Of a DNA stretch of 64,000 nt, positions 38,229 to 49,521 are shown in pieces. Origin of the DNA: Candidatus Poribacteria bacterium (GTDB lineage: Bacteria > Poribacteria > WGA-4E > WGA-3G). Position numbers and translations under genes: made by a program. How positions within the stretch are numbered: position 1 is the stretch's first letter; the number at the start of each line of letters is the position of its first letter. Under the pieces are notes generated by a model. That model did no database searches. It saw only the letters and a program-made list of their open reading frames with translations, and had not been told where the DNA came from. Where the stretch lies: contig JAJDXV010000079.1 in the NCBI GenBank assembly GCA_022823085.1, positions 5,943 through 69,942 on the forward strand, written 5' to 3'.

Positions 38229-38986
38229 TGTGTTTTGAGGGTTCCCCACGTTATGGTGAGTTTGTCTTTCGGTTCAACAGCCATCGGATCCCGTCCGCCG
38301 TAAATCTCGAGTTCGTCAATCCGCGTACCCGCGTTCGTTCGGATATGGATGCGAAGCCATCGAGCCTCCACATCATCAAAAGTGAATTCGGTCGTCTCAC
38401 TGACGGGGTCCCCTTTGTGCGTGTAGACTTTCTCCCATGTATTCGCCTCGGAATCCGCGTCAGCCTTCGTTGTTGCGACAAGGACATCAAAATCCACTGC
38501 CATCCTATCAAGAAAACCTTGCGAATGATCGCTACCGAAAATAATACGGTTCACATTCGCGACATCGCCGATATCAACCTGTGCCCAACCCGGTATTGTT
38601 CCGATAATCCAACTTCGGCAGTTGTTATAGAAACCGTCGTTGAGATATTCGGTGCAGTGCCGTTGCGGACACCAGCCCGCTATAGAAGAAGATGCCTCCG
38701 CTTTCGCATCTTTCAAAAGTGCTAAATTCGGTTCATCGTCTCGGACTGTCGGCACGAATTCGGGGCCCGGTTTACCGCCAGCCTCACACGCGTCTGTCGC
38801 AGCCTTGATGTCCTGTTCCTTGAATTCATAACGTCCAAACTTCTCAGGTCCCTGATCCTCGTCGTGGACTGCGAAGACAGTAGGCATGCCGATTAGCATC
38901 GCTATCATCACAAACCACCCATAATTTATCCATCTCATCGCACGTTCCTCCATTTTCGAGGTTGTACTTGGTGTTAATATTAGCAC
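38225..38986 (-). CDS. secreted F5/8 type C (discoidin) domain protein
   Basis: Signal-like WFVMIAMLIGMPTVFA. Discoidin pattern WAQVDIGDVANVNRIIF...ARWLRIHIRTNAG. The start may be an internal Met (38953 or 38938). Confidence 0.75.
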   Translation of the reverse strand: MLILTPSTTSKMEERAMRWINYGWFVMIAMLIGMPTVFAVHDEDQGPEKFGRYEFKEQDIKAATDACEAGGKPGPEFVPTVRDDEPNLALLKDAKAEASSSIAGWCPQRHCTEYLNDGFYNNCRSWIIGTIPGWAQVDIGDVANVNRIIFGSDHSQGFLDRMAVDFDVLVATTKADADSEANTWEKVYTHKGDPVSETTEFTFDDVEARWLRIHIRTNAGTRIDELEIYGGRDPMAVEPKDKLTITWGTLKTQ

Positions 38987-39193
38987 AAGTGGAAAATTAT
39001 TGCAAAGAATGGTGTGCGTTTGATGTACGATACAGACTATAAAACGTCTTTACCGACGACTGATTCCATAACTGATAATTCTCGTCAAATTTACTTGCAT
39101 TCTTAACAGATTTATAGTATAATTAACAATAGAGAATTCCGTATTTGTTACAACAAAATTCGGCTTCAGAATACATCGAAATAGGAGACCCCT

Positions 39194-41122
39194 ATGCGAT
39201 CCCAAGACGCTATTGAACAGCAGTACCATGAAGCTGTGGATGCACTCGTTGAGAAGATCGAGAAGGACCCCTATATCCTCGCAGCGATTGTCGCTGGCAG
39301 CTTCTCTTACGCACAAGTATGGGAGAAATCGGACCTCGATGTCGAACTCATCGGTAGAGACACGATCCGTCCAACACAATCTTTCTTCTCACTCGTCGAA
39401 AACGGTGTCAACATCCACGCCAGAATAACGCCACGCAACGCATTTAAGCAGTCGATAGAAAGTGCGCAACAAGGCTCTTTCATGCACTCCTATTTCTCAC
39501 ACAGCACGCTCCTCTTTTCACGGGACACCTCCATCGAAGAGTGGTACGACAAAAACGCGAACCGCTACAACATCGGTGAACGCGATAAACAGTTTCAACG
39601 CCTCAACGTCATTGCGAGCACTTTGCCGAGCCTCATCTATGCCGAAAAACAGTTTTATGTCAATAAAGATTACCTCACCTGTTTCTTATCGCTCTTAAAT
39701 GTCGTACAGGGGTTAGCACGCATAGAGGTGCTACTGAACAATGAAATCCCAGCGCGCGAGGTCATCCAACCCGCACTCCGTTATAATCCCGATTTCTTTG
39801 ATACTGTTTATACAGATTTCATCAACTGCGAAAAGAACGAGGCGATCCTTCAAGACACAATCGATGCTATTAACGGCTACCTTGATGCGCGCCAATTTAT
39901 TTTCCAACCTGTTCTCGACTATCTCACCGAGCAGAAAGTGCCGCGTACGCTCACCGAATTGAACGCCGACTTAGGACGTGGATTACACGACAGTGGAGGC
40001 TTCTCGGATTTTGATGAAGAATTGTTGGGCATGGTCTGCCAGTGGTTAGCATGGAAAGGGATCATCAAACAGGTCGCAATGCCGCTGAAACTCACGGCAA
40101 AAAGCCAGATCGCCGTCGAAGAACCCGCCTACTATTATGACGGAACTGTAGATCGCGATGCGCCTCAGAAGCGTCTGAAAGGTGATATCCACGCGCAGAT
40201 CCAAAGTGCCGTCGAAAATATAACAGACACGCTCGAACAGGATCGGTACATCCTCGCAGCGATGCTCACCAGCAACCTCGCTGAAAACAACGTCTGGGAA
40301 AAGACAACCGTCCAGATAACCCTAATCCTCCGGGACGGAACAAAATTCAAGCAGCAGCAGTTTCAATTAATCGAAGAAGGTATCCCGATCCGGGTCCAAC
40401 TCCACACCCGCAGTGATTATCGGAAGCGGCTCGAAAGGACACTACAAGGCAGCGCGTTGCATTCTATCCTCGCCGAAAGCCGTATCCTCTTTTCTAAAGA
40501 CAGCCTTTTCGCCGTAGATGGAGATGCGAATTTCAGCGTCGGTGATCCGTCCTACTTGCAAGTCGCCGAACGCGATATGCACTCCCAACTCTTCAATGCC
40601 GCCGCAGAAGCAACCGCAATACTCGCAAAAGCCGAAAAATGGTTCCACCTGAAAAAGGACCTCAATTATACATTTCTCTATCTAACATACCTCGTGCGCG
40701 GATTGGCACGTATTGAAACCCTCATGCACGGTGAGACCCCCAGACGGAAGGTTATCTATCAAGCACTCGAACACAACGCCGCTTTTTTCAATGCCGTCTT
40801 CACAGACCTCATAGACAAACCGAAAGACGAAGCGATGCTTCGCGACGCACTTGAACAGGTAGATAGGTATCTTGAAGACAACTTACAGACCTTGTTCAAG
40901 CCGCTCCTCGATTTCTTGGAGGAATCAGGTGATGAACGCACGATAACCGACATCTATATGCATTTCGGCAAACGCGAACTCGCACTCGAATTGGCGTGCG
41001 AATGGCTCGCGCAAAAAGAGGTCATTGAGCAGTTCTCCGCACCGGTCCGATTAACAAAGGATAGTCAAACCTCTGTAGAGGAACCCGCATACTATTTCGA
41101 TGCAAATAACCCGTTTCTATAA
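39194..41122 (+). CDS. internally duplicated nucleotidyltransferase-fold protein (KNTase-like)
   Basis: Half 1 has AGSFSYAQVWEKSDLDVEL (GS...DxD). Half 2 aligns (DRYILAAMLTSNLAENNVWEKTTVQITL) but lacks the GS and DxD residues. Both halves end ...S(Q/I)xVEEPAYY(Y/F)D. Confidence 0.65.
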   Translation: MRSQDAIEQQYHEAVDALVEKIEKDPYILAAIVAGSFSYAQVWEKSDLDVELIGRDTIRPTQSFFSLVENGVNIHARITPRNAFKQSIESAQQGSFMHSYFSHSTLLFSRDTSIEEWYDKNANRYNIGERDKQFQRLNVIASTLPSLIYAEKQFYVNKDYLTCFLSLLNVVQGLARIEVLLNNEIPAREVIQPALRYNPDFFDTVYTDFINCEKNEAILQDTIDAINGYLDARQFIFQPVLDYLTEQKVPRTLTELNADLGRGLHDSGGFSDFDEELLGMVCQWLAWKGIIKQVAMPLKLTAKSQIAVEEPAYYYDGTVDRDAPQKRLKGDIHAQIQSAVENITDTLEQDRYILAAMLTSNLAENNVWEKTTVQITLILRDGTKFKQQQFQLIEEGIPIRVQLHTRSDYRKRLERTLQGSALHSILAESRILFSKDSLFAVDGDANFSVGDPSYLQVAERDMHSQLFNAAAEATAILAKAEKWFHLKKDLNYTFLYLTYLVRGLARIETLMHGETPRRKVIYQALEHNAAFFNAVFTDLIDKPKDEAMLRDALEQVDRYLEDNLQTLFKPLLDFLEESGDERTITDIYMHFGKRELALELACEWLAQKEVIEQFSAPVRLTKDSQTSVEEPAYYFDANNPFL

Positions 41123-41162
41123 AAATGAGTTTCCAGATTCTTTTTAAAAGGAGTATGAATCC

Positions 41163-41405
41163 ATGACTGAGATAGGTGTTCACAAAGCAAAGACGCATTT
41201 GTCCAGACTTCTCAAGCGTGTTGAAAATGGGGAAAGTTTTTCAATAACTAACAGAGGAAGAGTGGTAGCGGTGATGGTTCCACCCCATGATATTTCGCAA
41301 GTCAAGACTAATGATGCTTATGGTCAACTTATTGCCTTGCGGGAAAAATCCCCTATTGGAACGTTAGATGAGGTGATAAATTGGAAGAACAAAGACCGCA
41401 AATGA
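41163..41405 (+). CDS. Phd/YefM-family antitoxin
   Basis: IGVHKAKTHLSRLLKRVENGESFSITNRGRVVAVMVP. Confidence 0.8.
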   Translation: MTEIGVHKAKTHLSRLLKRVENGESFSITNRGRVVAVMVPPHDISQVKTNDAYGQLIALREKSPIGTLDEVINWKNKDRK

Positions 41406-41830
41406 TTGTGGTTGATTGCTCAGTTTTAATAGCAGGTCTTCTACCCGATGAAGTTGAAGAACAAGCACAGTTAATTTTGGAAGATTTGCATCGCGGTATA
41501 ACTTTAGCGGTTGTCCCATCCCTGTTTTATCAGGAAGTGAGTAATGTGTTACTCATGGCTTACCGGCGAACACGGATAAATCAAGATACTTTGTTCCAAT
41601 ATCTTGATATAATAGCGATGCTGCCAGTTAAGATTGATACTGCTGCTGCGACACACGGAAATACAATGAAGGCTGTGTGTGAATTAGCGGAAGAGCATGG
41701 GTTGACAACTTATGATGCCAGTTATCTGGAACTCGCCGTGCGTCTTGACTTACCACTGGCAACTTTAGATACAGATTTGAACAAGGCCGCAGCTAAAATG
41801 CACGTTGCCTATCAAATGAGAAGAAATTAA
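41402..41830 (+). CDS. vapC: PIN-domain toxin VapC
   Basis: MIVVDCSVLIAG..., TYDASYLELA, LATLD acidic residues. ATGA overlap with the antitoxin. Confidence 0.8.
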   Translation: MIVVDCSVLIAGLLPDEVEEQAQLILEDLHRGITLAVVPSLFYQEVSNVLLMAYRRTRINQDTLFQYLDIIAMLPVKIDTAAATHGNTMKAVCELAEEHGLTTYDASYLELAVRLDLPLATLDTDLNKAAAKMHVAYQMRRN

Positions 41831-41968
41831 AATTATTCACGGCTGATTATTTCGTTCCGATTTTGCATTTAATTGCGTTAGATTAATGGATATCCACGCG
41901 GCTACACAAAAAATTAAAATAGCCATTTTACCCCACTAAAACCTTGAAATCCATCATAGGAGGCATGC

Positions 41969-44839
41969 ATGAGACAGACTGTCGCCGTTAAAGGTGCACG
42001 TGAAAACAATCTAAAAGACATTGAACTTGAAATCCCGCGAGACCAACTCGTCGTCGTTACCGGTATCAGCGGCTCCGGCAAATCTTCATTAGCGTTTGAC
42101 ACTGTCTATGCCGAAGGACAGCGCAGATTCTTGGAATCGATGTCCACTTACGCCAAACGCTTTATCACACAACTCAAAAAACCGGATGTCGATTTCATTG
42201 ACGGGCTATCACCGGTTGTCTCTATCGAACAGAAAACGGTCACGATGAACCCACGGTCTACTGTTGGAACGATGACCGATCTGCAGGACTATCTCCGCAT
42301 GCTGTTCGCAACCATCGGTGTCGCCCACTGTCCTTACTGTGGCGTTGAGATTCCTATCCGTTCACACCATCAGATACTCGAACGGATGCTCGCGTTACCA
42401 GAAGATACCGAGGTCGAGATTCATGCCCCCGTCTTCAAAATCTACGGTGAAGATTATGACTACCTCTTTGACGACATCCGTACAAAAGGGTGCAGACACG
42501 TCAAAATCGACGGCATCGAACACGACATCAGCGAGGAAATCGAACTCGACCCAGAGGAGGAATACGACCTCCAAGTCATTGTTGACAAATTCTACGTGAA
42601 AAAAGATATTGATAAACAGGTACTCGCCTCTCTTGAACACGCCATGCTCGTCGGTGAAGGCTTCATGCGTTTCGATGTCGAGTTCCCTGAAGATGCTGAG
42701 CCGGACGCTATACAGCAGCTGGAAGGGTTCGGATGTCCGAAACACGGCGTTATCATGGCTGAACTCGGACCGCACCACTTCACTTTTAACGAACCGAGCG
42801 GTGCATGTGTTACCTGCTCAGGACTCGGCACCTATTTACAGGTACATCCAAACCTCCTCGTCCCTGATAAGACCCGAAGTATCGCCGGTGGCGCGTTCGT
42901 CCATCAAGCCTTCAACTACGATCCCGATAGATGGGACGGCAGGACAATGTACAGTCTCGCCGCACACTACGGATTTGACTTGGACACACCTTTTACGGAT
43001 TTACCAGAAAACATTGTTGACATCCTCTATCACGGCACACACGGCGAAGAATTTCCGATCTGTCAACCCGAAGGCGCGCGCCCCGTCGAAAAACGCCACC
43101 TCGGTCGAAAAATCCGGTTCGACGGGATTGTTACCCGAATCGATAGACACTATCGCCGCTACCGAAAACAGGGAGAAGCACACTCCGGCATGGAAGAATA
43201 TCTCCGAAAGGTGATGGTAGAACGCACCTGTCCTGATTGCAACGGCGCAAAGCTCAAACGGCAACGACTCCTTGTTACTATCGACGGTCAGACCATCCAC
43301 GAAGTCGGCGAACTACATTTCGAGGAATTAAGAGACTTCTTGTTAGCCATCACAGGTATTCCCGAAAAACAGCGGGAAGCCGGCAACCGCGTCATCAACG
43401 AACTGGTAACCCGGATTAGTCTCCTACTCGGTATCGGACTCGATTACCTCAACCTCAACCGTCGTTCCGCAACGCTCTCCGGCGGCGAATCGCAACGCAT
43501 CCGGCTCTCCACACAGATCGGTTCCGGATTGATGGGCATGCTCTATGTCCTTGATGAACCGAGTATCGGTCTGCACCCGAAGGATAACCAGAAGATGATA
43601 GAGACCTTACGAAAATTAAGGGACATCGGCAACACCGTCATCGTCGTTGAACACGACGAAAGCACCATTCGTGCTGCCGATCACATCATCGAACTCGGAC
43701 CGGGACCCGGTGTCCACGGCGGCGAAGTCGTCATACAAGGTGAACTTGGAACGATACTCGACTGTCCCGAATCTCTGACAGGTCTCTATTTGAGCGGCAA
43801 CCGAGAGATCCCACTGCCCAAGCAACGCCGCAGCCTGAACGGTAAATTCATCAGTATTACGGGGGCCAGAGAAAACAACCTCAACGCCATTGACGTGGAT
43901 ATTCCGCTCGGTGTATTTATCTGCGTTACCGGTGCTTCCGGTTCCGGTAAGAGTACCCTCGTCAACGAAATCCTCTACAAGCGATTACATTCTATCTATC
44001 ACGACAGCCGCACGCTCTACGGTGACCATGATGAACTGGAAGGACACCAGCACGTCGACGATGTGATTAGTATCGACCAATCGCCGATCGGACGTTCCTC
44101 ACGTTCCAATCCCGCTACCTACATCAAATTCTACGATAATATCCGTAAACTTTTCGCCAGCGCACCGCTCTCAATTTCAAGAGGCTACACCGCCTCACGC
44201 TTCAGTTTCAACGTCAAAGGTGGACGGTGTGAAGAGTGCCACGGTGATGGCACAATTACCACGCAGCTCCACTTTATGCCGGACGTTGAAGTCGTCTGTC
44301 CGACTTGTAAAGGCGCGCGCTACAACGAAGATACGCTTGATGTTACCTACAACGGCAAGAATATCTCCGAGATCCTTAATATGTCCATCGAGGAAGGTGT
44401 TGCGTTCTTCGCTGATCAACGGTTGATTAACCATAAATTGAGCGTCTTAAACCAACTCGGTATGGGGTATCTCCAGATCGGGCATCCCGCCACGATCCTC
44501 TCTGGTGGCGAAGCGCAACGCGTGAAGTTAGCAAGCGAACTCGGTAAACTCAAGCGCAGCAAGCATAACCTCTATATCTTAGATGAACCGACGACAGGGC
44601 TCCACATCGCCGACGTACAGAAACTCCTCGACAGTCTCAATCGCCTCGTCGATACTGGGCATACCGTGCTTGTGATTGAACACCATCTCGATGTCATCAA
44701 AACCGCCGATTATGTCATCGATCTCGGTCCCGAAGGTGGACACAAAGGCGGAGAAGTCTTAGCGTGCGGAACACCTGAAGAGGTGGCAGCCATCGATACC
44801 TCCTTTACTGGACAGTTCCTGAAGGAATATCTTACCTGA
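41969..44839 (+). CDS. uvrA: excinuclease ABC subunit A
   Basis: [47 protein letters not shown]; zinc modules CPDCNGAKL and CPTCKGARY. Confidence 0.97.
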   Translation: MRQTVAVKGARENNLKDIELEIPRDQLVVVTGISGSGKSSLAFDTVYAEGQRRFLESMSTYAKRFITQLKKPDVDFIDGLSPVVSIEQKTVTMNPRSTVGTMTDLQDYLRMLFATIGVAHCPYCGVEIPIRSHHQILERMLALPEDTEVEIHAPVFKIYGEDYDYLFDDIRTKGCRHVKIDGIEHDISEEIELDPEEEYDLQVIVDKFYVKKDIDKQVLASLEHAMLVGEGFMRFDVEFPEDAEPDAIQQLEGFGCPKHGVIMAELGPHHFTFNEPSGACVTCSGLGTYLQVHPNLLVPDKTRSIAGGAFVHQAFNYDPDRWDGRTMYSLAAHYGFDLDTPFTDLPENIVDILYHGTHGEEFPICQPEGARPVEKRHLGRKIRFDGIVTRIDRHYRRYRKQGEAHSGMEEYLRKVMVERTCPDCNGAKLKRQRLLVTIDGQTIHEVGELHFEELRDFLLAITGIPEKQREAGNRVINELVTRISLLLGIGLDYLNLNRRSATLSGGESQRIRLSTQIGSGLMGMLYVLDEPSIGLHPKDNQKMIETLRKLRDIGNTVIVVEHDESTIRAADHIIELGPGPGVHGGEVVIQGELGTILDCPESLTGLYLSGNREIPLPKQRRSLNGKFISITGARENNLNAIDVDIPLGVFICVTGASGSGKSTLVNEILYKRLHSIYHDSRTLYGDHDELEGHQHVDDVISIDQSPIGRSSRSNPATYIKFYDNIRKLFASAPLSISRGYTASRFSFNVKGGRCEECHGDGTITTQLHFMPDVEVVCPTCKGARYNEDTLDVTYNGKNISEILNMSIEEGVAFFADQRLINHKLSVLNQLGMGYLQIGHPATILSGGEAQRVKLASELGKLKRSKHNLYILDEPTTGLHIADVQKLLDSLNRLVDTGHTVLVIEHHLDVIKTADYVIDLGPEGGHKGGEVLACGTPEEVAAIDTSFTGQFLKEYLT
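44801..44839 (+). repeat. uvrA 3' end, copy 1 of a 39-nt imperfect direct repeat
   Basis: Encodes [12 protein letters not shown]. The 18-nt core TGAAGGAATATCTTACCT is repeated at 45242-45259. Confidence 0.85.
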
Positions 44840-44896
44840 CAGCAAAAGGCTATCAAGTTAGAGAATTTCTCAGACAATACAACCAGGAGACGCAAA

Positions 44897-45244
44897 ATGA
44901 ATGAAGATGTGTTTGATGGATTCAATGTGAACATATTTCTTGACGAGGATGGCGATTACTTAGCCCACTTTGTTGAAATGCCGAATGTATCAGCGTTTTC
45001 AGATACACCAGAAGGGGCGTTGAAAGAACTCGCGCTCGCTTGGAAAGGTGTTAAGGAAAGTTATCAAAAACATCAGGAACCCATTCCGAAAGCACCTACT
45101 CGGCAAGAGCACGAGGCACCCGTCAATGTACCTATTGATCCGCAGCTTTACCGCGCCTTGACACACGAAGCCTTGAAATCAGGAATGAGCCTTCACGCGT
45201 TTGTAGCACAGAAATTGAAGTCTCTTACACCGGGTGGTTCTTGA
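44897..45244 (+). CDS. HicB-like antitoxin (no hicA seen)
   Basis: FLDEDGDYLAHFVEMPNVSAFSDTPEGALKEL (UPF0150/HicB fold) plus a C-terminal RHH-like LYRALTHEALKSGMSLHAFV. Confidence 0.7.
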   Translation: MNEDVFDGFNVNIFLDEDGDYLAHFVEMPNVSAFSDTPEGALKELALAWKGVKESYQKHQEPIPKAPTRQEHEAPVNVPIDPQLYRALTHEALKSGMSLHAFVAQKLKSLTPGGS

Positions 45245-45261
45245 AGGAATATCTTACCTAA
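45223..45261 (+). repeat. relic uvrA 3' end, copy 2
   Basis: In its own frame it reads SYTGWFLKEYLT*. 30/39 nt are identical to 44801-44839 (counted by hand). Confidence 0.85.
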
Positions 45262-45325
45262 CATAGACTTCGCGCCCTCTGCAGGCAGGGTTTGCAACCC
45301 CGTCTATAGTTTCTGGAATTTCCCC

Positions 45326-45354
45326 TTGTAAAATTAATCCAAATCGTATATACT
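45326..45354 (+). promoter_or_regulatory. possible promoter for pcrA
   Basis: TTGTAA, 17-nt spacer, TATACT. Confidence 0.35.
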
Positions 45355-45467
45355 TTGTAAAACGAAGTTAGGGGCGTGCCGCGCCGCTTGCAAGCATGTT
45401 ACGGAAACCAAACGGTATTGGGTCTCCTACTCCCTTAAAAATATGACATAGCAAAGGATAAACAACA

Positions 45468-47672
45468 TTGAGCGATACTCTATTAAGTTCCTTAAACGAT
45501 GTCCAACGCGAAGCCGTCGAACACGTCAACGGACCGCTTCTCATCTTGTCCGGTGCCGGTAGCGGCAAAACGCGCGTCATTACACACCGCATCGCCTATC
45601 TCATCAAACACCACGGCATCTCTCCATACCGGATCCTCGCCGTGACTTTCACAAACAAGGCTGCGAGAGAGATGAAAGAGCGGCTTGATGTACTCGTGGA
45701 AGGCGGCGTTAGCCGCGACCTCTGGGTCTCAACCTTCCACGCAACCTGTGCCCGTATCTTGCGCCGGGATATTGAGAAATTGAACCCCAATGAAGGGCGA
45801 TCGAAAAAACACGTCTACACCCGCAATTTCACCATCTTCGATACAGGTGAACAGGCCACAATCGTCAAAGATGTCCTCCGCCAACTTAACTATAGCGACA
45901 AACAATTCAATCCGCGCTCCATTCTCAGCCTCATCAGTCGTGCCAAGAACGAATCCATCTCGCCAGCAGAATACGAGAGAACGGCTGACGGCTATTTCGA
46001 GAGCGTCGTCGCGAAAGTCTATCCGCTTTATCAAGAAGCACTCCGTCTCAACAACTCTCTCGACTTTGATGATCTACTCCTCTTTGCTGTGGATCTTCTG
46101 AAAAAGAACCCCGAAACACATAAATTTTATCAAAACAAATTCGAGTACATCCTCGTTGACGAGTATCAGGATACCAACCGATGCCAGTATGAGTTGGTCG
46201 GTCTGCTAACAGGTTCAAAACAGAACATCTGCGTCGTCGGAGACGACGACCAATCCATCTACGCTTTCCGCGGCGCAGACATCAGGAATATCCTCGACTT
46301 TGAGAAAGACTATCCAGACACCCGTGTCCTCCGTTTAGAACAGAATTACCGTTCCACACAAAATATATTGGACGCAGCGTGGAATGTCGTACAAAACAAC
46401 AAAGCACGAAAACCGAAGAAACTCTGGACCGAACAGGACGACGGAGAACTGATTACCTGTTACGAAGCGATAGACGAAAACGATGAAGCGGGATTCGTCG
46501 GCACGAAAATCGAAGATTGGCATAAAGAAGGCGTGGATTACAAAGACTTCGCGATCTTCTATCGCATCAACGCACAATCCCGTATCTTTGAGGAGGCGTT
46601 CCGCGCCGCAAACATCCCCTATCAGATTGTCGGCGGTGTCGGTTTCTATGACCGGATGGAAGTCAAGGACCTTCTCGCATACCTCCGTGTTATGTGTAAT
46701 CCCAACGACTCTATGAGCCTCCGACGGATCATTAATATATCTGGCAGCATCAACAACCACGCCAAAGGGATCGGTGCAACGACCGTTGAACGCCTCAACG
46801 ATTTCGCCATGCGTGAAGGCATCTCTCTCTTTGAAGCGATCCAACGTGTCGATGAAGTCGATACCATCAGCCGCGGCATCCAAACAAAAGTCCGACGCTT
46901 CGCAGAAGTCTTCGACGATTTTGACGCGATGACCTTACCAGCCGATGCGCTCGATTACACCCTGAAGATAACAGGTTATCTCAAAAATTTAGAGGGACAG
47001 AACTCGATCGAAGCACAAAATCGGGTCGAAAACATTGAAGAACTCATTAACGCCGTTATCGAATATGAGCATAATGCACCCGAACCGAGCCTCTCGGATT
47101 ATTTGGAGAACATCGCACTCATCGCAGATATAGATACCATGGAGACCAACGATACCGATCTCGTAACGTTGATGACCCTCCACAGTGCCAAAGGTTTGGA
47201 ATTCCCGTTCGTTTTCATCGTCGGGATGGAAGAGGGGTATCTACCGCATCAACGCTCTATCAGTACGGAATCCGAATTAGAGGAAGAACGCCGACTCTGC
47301 TACGTCGGCATCACGCGGGCGATGGAGCAGCTTTATCTTTTACACGCGACTGCACGAAGAACCTACCGCGAAAGAGAGTATCGCACACCGTCGCGTTTTA
47401 TCGCCGAAATCCCAGAACACCTCATCAAACCTATTGATCGATACCGCTCTCCATTCCAAGAATCAGACGGTTTGTATGGAGTAATCCCAGATGAGGCAGT
47501 CGATTATCACGTCAATCAGATTGTTCACCATCCGCAATTCGGAAGAGGTAAGGTAACAAAAATCAGCGGTGGAAAAAGCAATGTTTATATCACTGTTAGG
47601 TTTAGTCGTAGTGGCATGACCAAGCAACTTGACCCATCAATTGTACCGGACCTAACAGTATCTGATGATTAA
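45468..47672 (+). CDS. pcrA: ATP-dependent DNA helicase PcrA/UvrD
   Basis: SGAGSGKTRV, ILVDEYQDTN, LEQNYRST, TLHSAKGLEF, CYVGITRA. TTG start. Confidence 0.9.
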   Translation: MSDTLLSSLNDVQREAVEHVNGPLLILSGAGSGKTRVITHRIAYLIKHHGISPYRILAVTFTNKAAREMKERLDVLVEGGVSRDLWVSTFHATCARILRRDIEKLNPNEGRSKKHVYTRNFTIFDTGEQATIVKDVLRQLNYSDKQFNPRSILSLISRAKNESISPAEYERTADGYFESVVAKVYPLYQEALRLNNSLDFDDLLLFAVDLLKKNPETHKFYQNKFEYILVDEYQDTNRCQYELVGLLTGSKQNICVVGDDDQSIYAFRGADIRNILDFEKDYPDTRVLRLEQNYRSTQNILDAAWNVVQNNKARKPKKLWTEQDDGELITCYEAIDENDEAGFVGTKIEDWHKEGVDYKDFAIFYRINAQSRIFEEAFRAANIPYQIVGGVGFYDRMEVKDLLAYLRVMCNPNDSMSLRRIINISGSINNHAKGIGATTVERLNDFAMREGISLFEAIQRVDEVDTISRGIQTKVRRFAEVFDDFDAMTLPADALDYTLKITGYLKNLEGQNSIEAQNRVENIEELINAVIEYEHNAPEPSLSDYLENIALIADIDTMETNDTDLVTLMTLHSAKGLEFPFVFIVGMEEGYLPHQRSISTESELEEERRLCYVGITRAMEQLYLLHATARRTYREREYRTPSRFIAEIPEHLIKPIDRYRSPFQESDGLYGVIPDEAVDYHVNQIVHHPQFGRGKVTKISGGKSNVYITVRFSRSGMTKQLDPSIVPDLTVSDD

Positions 47673-47694
47673 CTAAGGAGACGAACTACGAAAA

Positions 47695-48024
47695 ATGGCA
47701 ACGATTACTGTGGACGGCGTACGCCACGTCGCAAATCTGGCGCGCCTCGAATTTAACGACGAAGAGACCGCACAATTTACCGAGCAGCTTGCCCGGATTC
47801 TCGACTATATCGGGAAATTGAATGAACTCGAAACAGATGATGTGCCACCAACCTCGCACATCCATCCACACCAAATTTTCATCTTAGGGTCAGAAGAAGG
47901 CGCACGTCATGTCGCGAAACCGGATGCCGTTAAACCCTCCTACCCCATCGAAGCAGTTCTCGCAAACGCACCTGAACCCGAAGAAGGATACTTCGGCGTA
48001 CCCAGAGTCGTGGATCGCGGGTGA
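47695..48024 (+). CDS. gatC: Asp/Glu-tRNA amidotransferase subunit C
   Basis: [45 protein letters not shown]; precedes gatA. Confidence 0.85.
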   Translation: MATITVDGVRHVANLARLEFNDEETAQFTEQLARILDYIGKLNELETDDVPPTSHIHPHQIFILGSEEGARHVAKPDAVKPSYPIEAVLANAPEPEEGYFGVPRVVDRG

Positions 48025-48040
48025 ATGGAGGGACGACCTA

Positions 48041-49519
48041 ATGCCGCTACATGAATTGACGGCACACGCTTTACACGAAAAACTCAAAGAACGTGAGATT
48101 ACCGCTCAGGAACTCACCGAAGCCATCTACGAACGCATCGCTGAAGTCGAGCCACACGTCAAAGGCTACCTGACACTCACAAAGGACATCGCCTTAGAAC
48201 AGGCGGATCGGGCCGACCAAGGATTTCAAAACGGAGATGAGATGCCCCCTCTTGCAGGCATCCCTATCGCTATTAAAGATGTGATATGCACCAAAGGCGT
48301 ACGAACGACCTGCGGCTCCAAAATCCTTGATAACTTCGTGCCACCATACAACGCAACCGTTATGACGAAACTCCATGAACAAGGCGTTGTCATGGTCGGG
48401 AAAACGAACATGGATGAATTCGCCATGGGCTCCTCTACCGAAAACTCGGCGTATCAGATCACGCACAACCCGTGGGACCTCGATACGATTCCCGGCGGTT
48501 CAAGCGGCGGGTCTGCTGCAGTTGTATCCGCGGATACTGCCGTCTGTTCGCTCGGCTCAGATACCGGTGGCTCCATCCGCCAACCCGCAGCACTCTGTGG
48601 GGTCGTCGGCATGAAACCGACTTATGGACGCGTCTCGCGCTACGGACTCGTCGCCTTCGCTTCTTCACTCGACCAAATCGGGCCTTTCACCAAGGATGTT
48701 ACCGATTGTGCCTTACTTCTCAACGCCATCTGCGGAAGCGACGCGATGGATGCAACTTCTGTCGATGTACCCGTGCCAGATTTTACGCAATGCCTCATCA
48801 ACGATGTGGACGGCTTAAAAATTGGGGTGCCGAAAGAGTACTTCACACCAGCGTTAGATACAGAGATCGCTGACAACGTGCATGCCGCTATCGCTGTGCT
48901 TGAAGAACTCGGCGCGACTGTCGAAGAGGTCTCGCTACCGCATACCGAATACGCGATCGCCACATACTACATCATCGCACCCGCTGAAGCGAGCGCGAAC
49001 CTCGCAAGATACGACGGTGTCCGTTACGGATACCGCAATGAAAACCCGGAAAACCTCATCTCTATGTACAAGAAAACCCGAAGCAAAGGGTTCGGTGAAG
49101 AGGTCAAACGTCGAATTATGCTCGGTACTTTCGCACTCAGTGCAGGCTACCAAGATGCCTATTACAAAAAAGCACAGAAAGTACGGACACTCATAAAATC
49201 AGATTTTGATGCCGCATTTGAGAAGGTGGACGTTATCGCAACGCCTACCTCTCCTACGCCAGCATTCAAAATAGGCGAGCGGACTGCAGACCCGCTGCAG
49301 ATGTATCTCTCCGATGTGATGACCACACCTGCAAGCCATGCCGGATTACCCGGTATCTCTGTACCCTGCGGACTTGTGAAAAGTGGATTGCCGATCGGAT
49401 TACAACTGCTCGGCGCACCGTTCGCAGAAGAAAACGTCCTGCGCGTCGCCTACACTTTTGAACAGAACACCGAATACCACCAACAAAAACCGGAAATCCA
49501 AACGAATGGAGTTGGTTAA
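48041..49519 (+). CDS. gatA: Asp/Glu-tRNA amidotransferase subunit A
   Basis: Amidase signature [11 protein letters not shown]...[12 protein letters not shown]. Start ATG 48041 ([15 protein letters not shown]). The track ORF from 47909 overlaps gatC. Confidence 0.92.
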   Translation: MPLHELTAHALHEKLKEREITAQELTEAIYERIAEVEPHVKGYLTLTKDIALEQADRADQGFQNGDEMPPLAGIPIAIKDVICTKGVRTTCGSKILDNFVPPYNATVMTKLHEQGVVMVGKTNMDEFAMGSSTENSAYQITHNPWDLDTIPGGSSGGSAAVVSADTAVCSLGSDTGGSIRQPAALCGVVGMKPTYGRVSRYGLVAFASSLDQIGPFTKDVTDCALLLNAICGSDAMDATSVDVPVPDFTQCLINDVDGLKIGVPKEYFTPALDTEIADNVHAAIAVLEELGATVEEVSLPHTEYAIATYYIIAPAEASANLARYDGVRYGYRNENPENLISMYKKTRSKGFGEEVKRRIMLGTFALSAGYQDAYYKKAQKVRTLIKSDFDAAFEKVDVIATPTSPTPAFKIGERTADPLQMYLSDVMTTPASHAGLPGISVPCGLVKSGLPIGLQLLGAPFAEENVLRVAYTFEQNTEYHQQKPEIQTNGVG

Positions 49520-49521
49520 CC

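Noticed and set aside
45270-45400. Possible small RNA or tRNA in the hicB-pcrA spacer (GC-rich hairpins GGGTT-tgc-AACCC and GGGGCGTGCCGCGCC).
   Set aside because: No cloverleaf or T-loop (GGTTCGAATCC-like) sequence is present. The hairpins resemble the short GC-rich REP-like stems also seen at 15965 and 16962.
47909-48040. 5' extension of the gatA ORF overlapping gatC.
   Set aside because: The conserved GatA N-terminus ([15 protein letters not shown]) starts at ATG 48041, just after the gatC stop. The extension is read-through of the gatC region in another frame.
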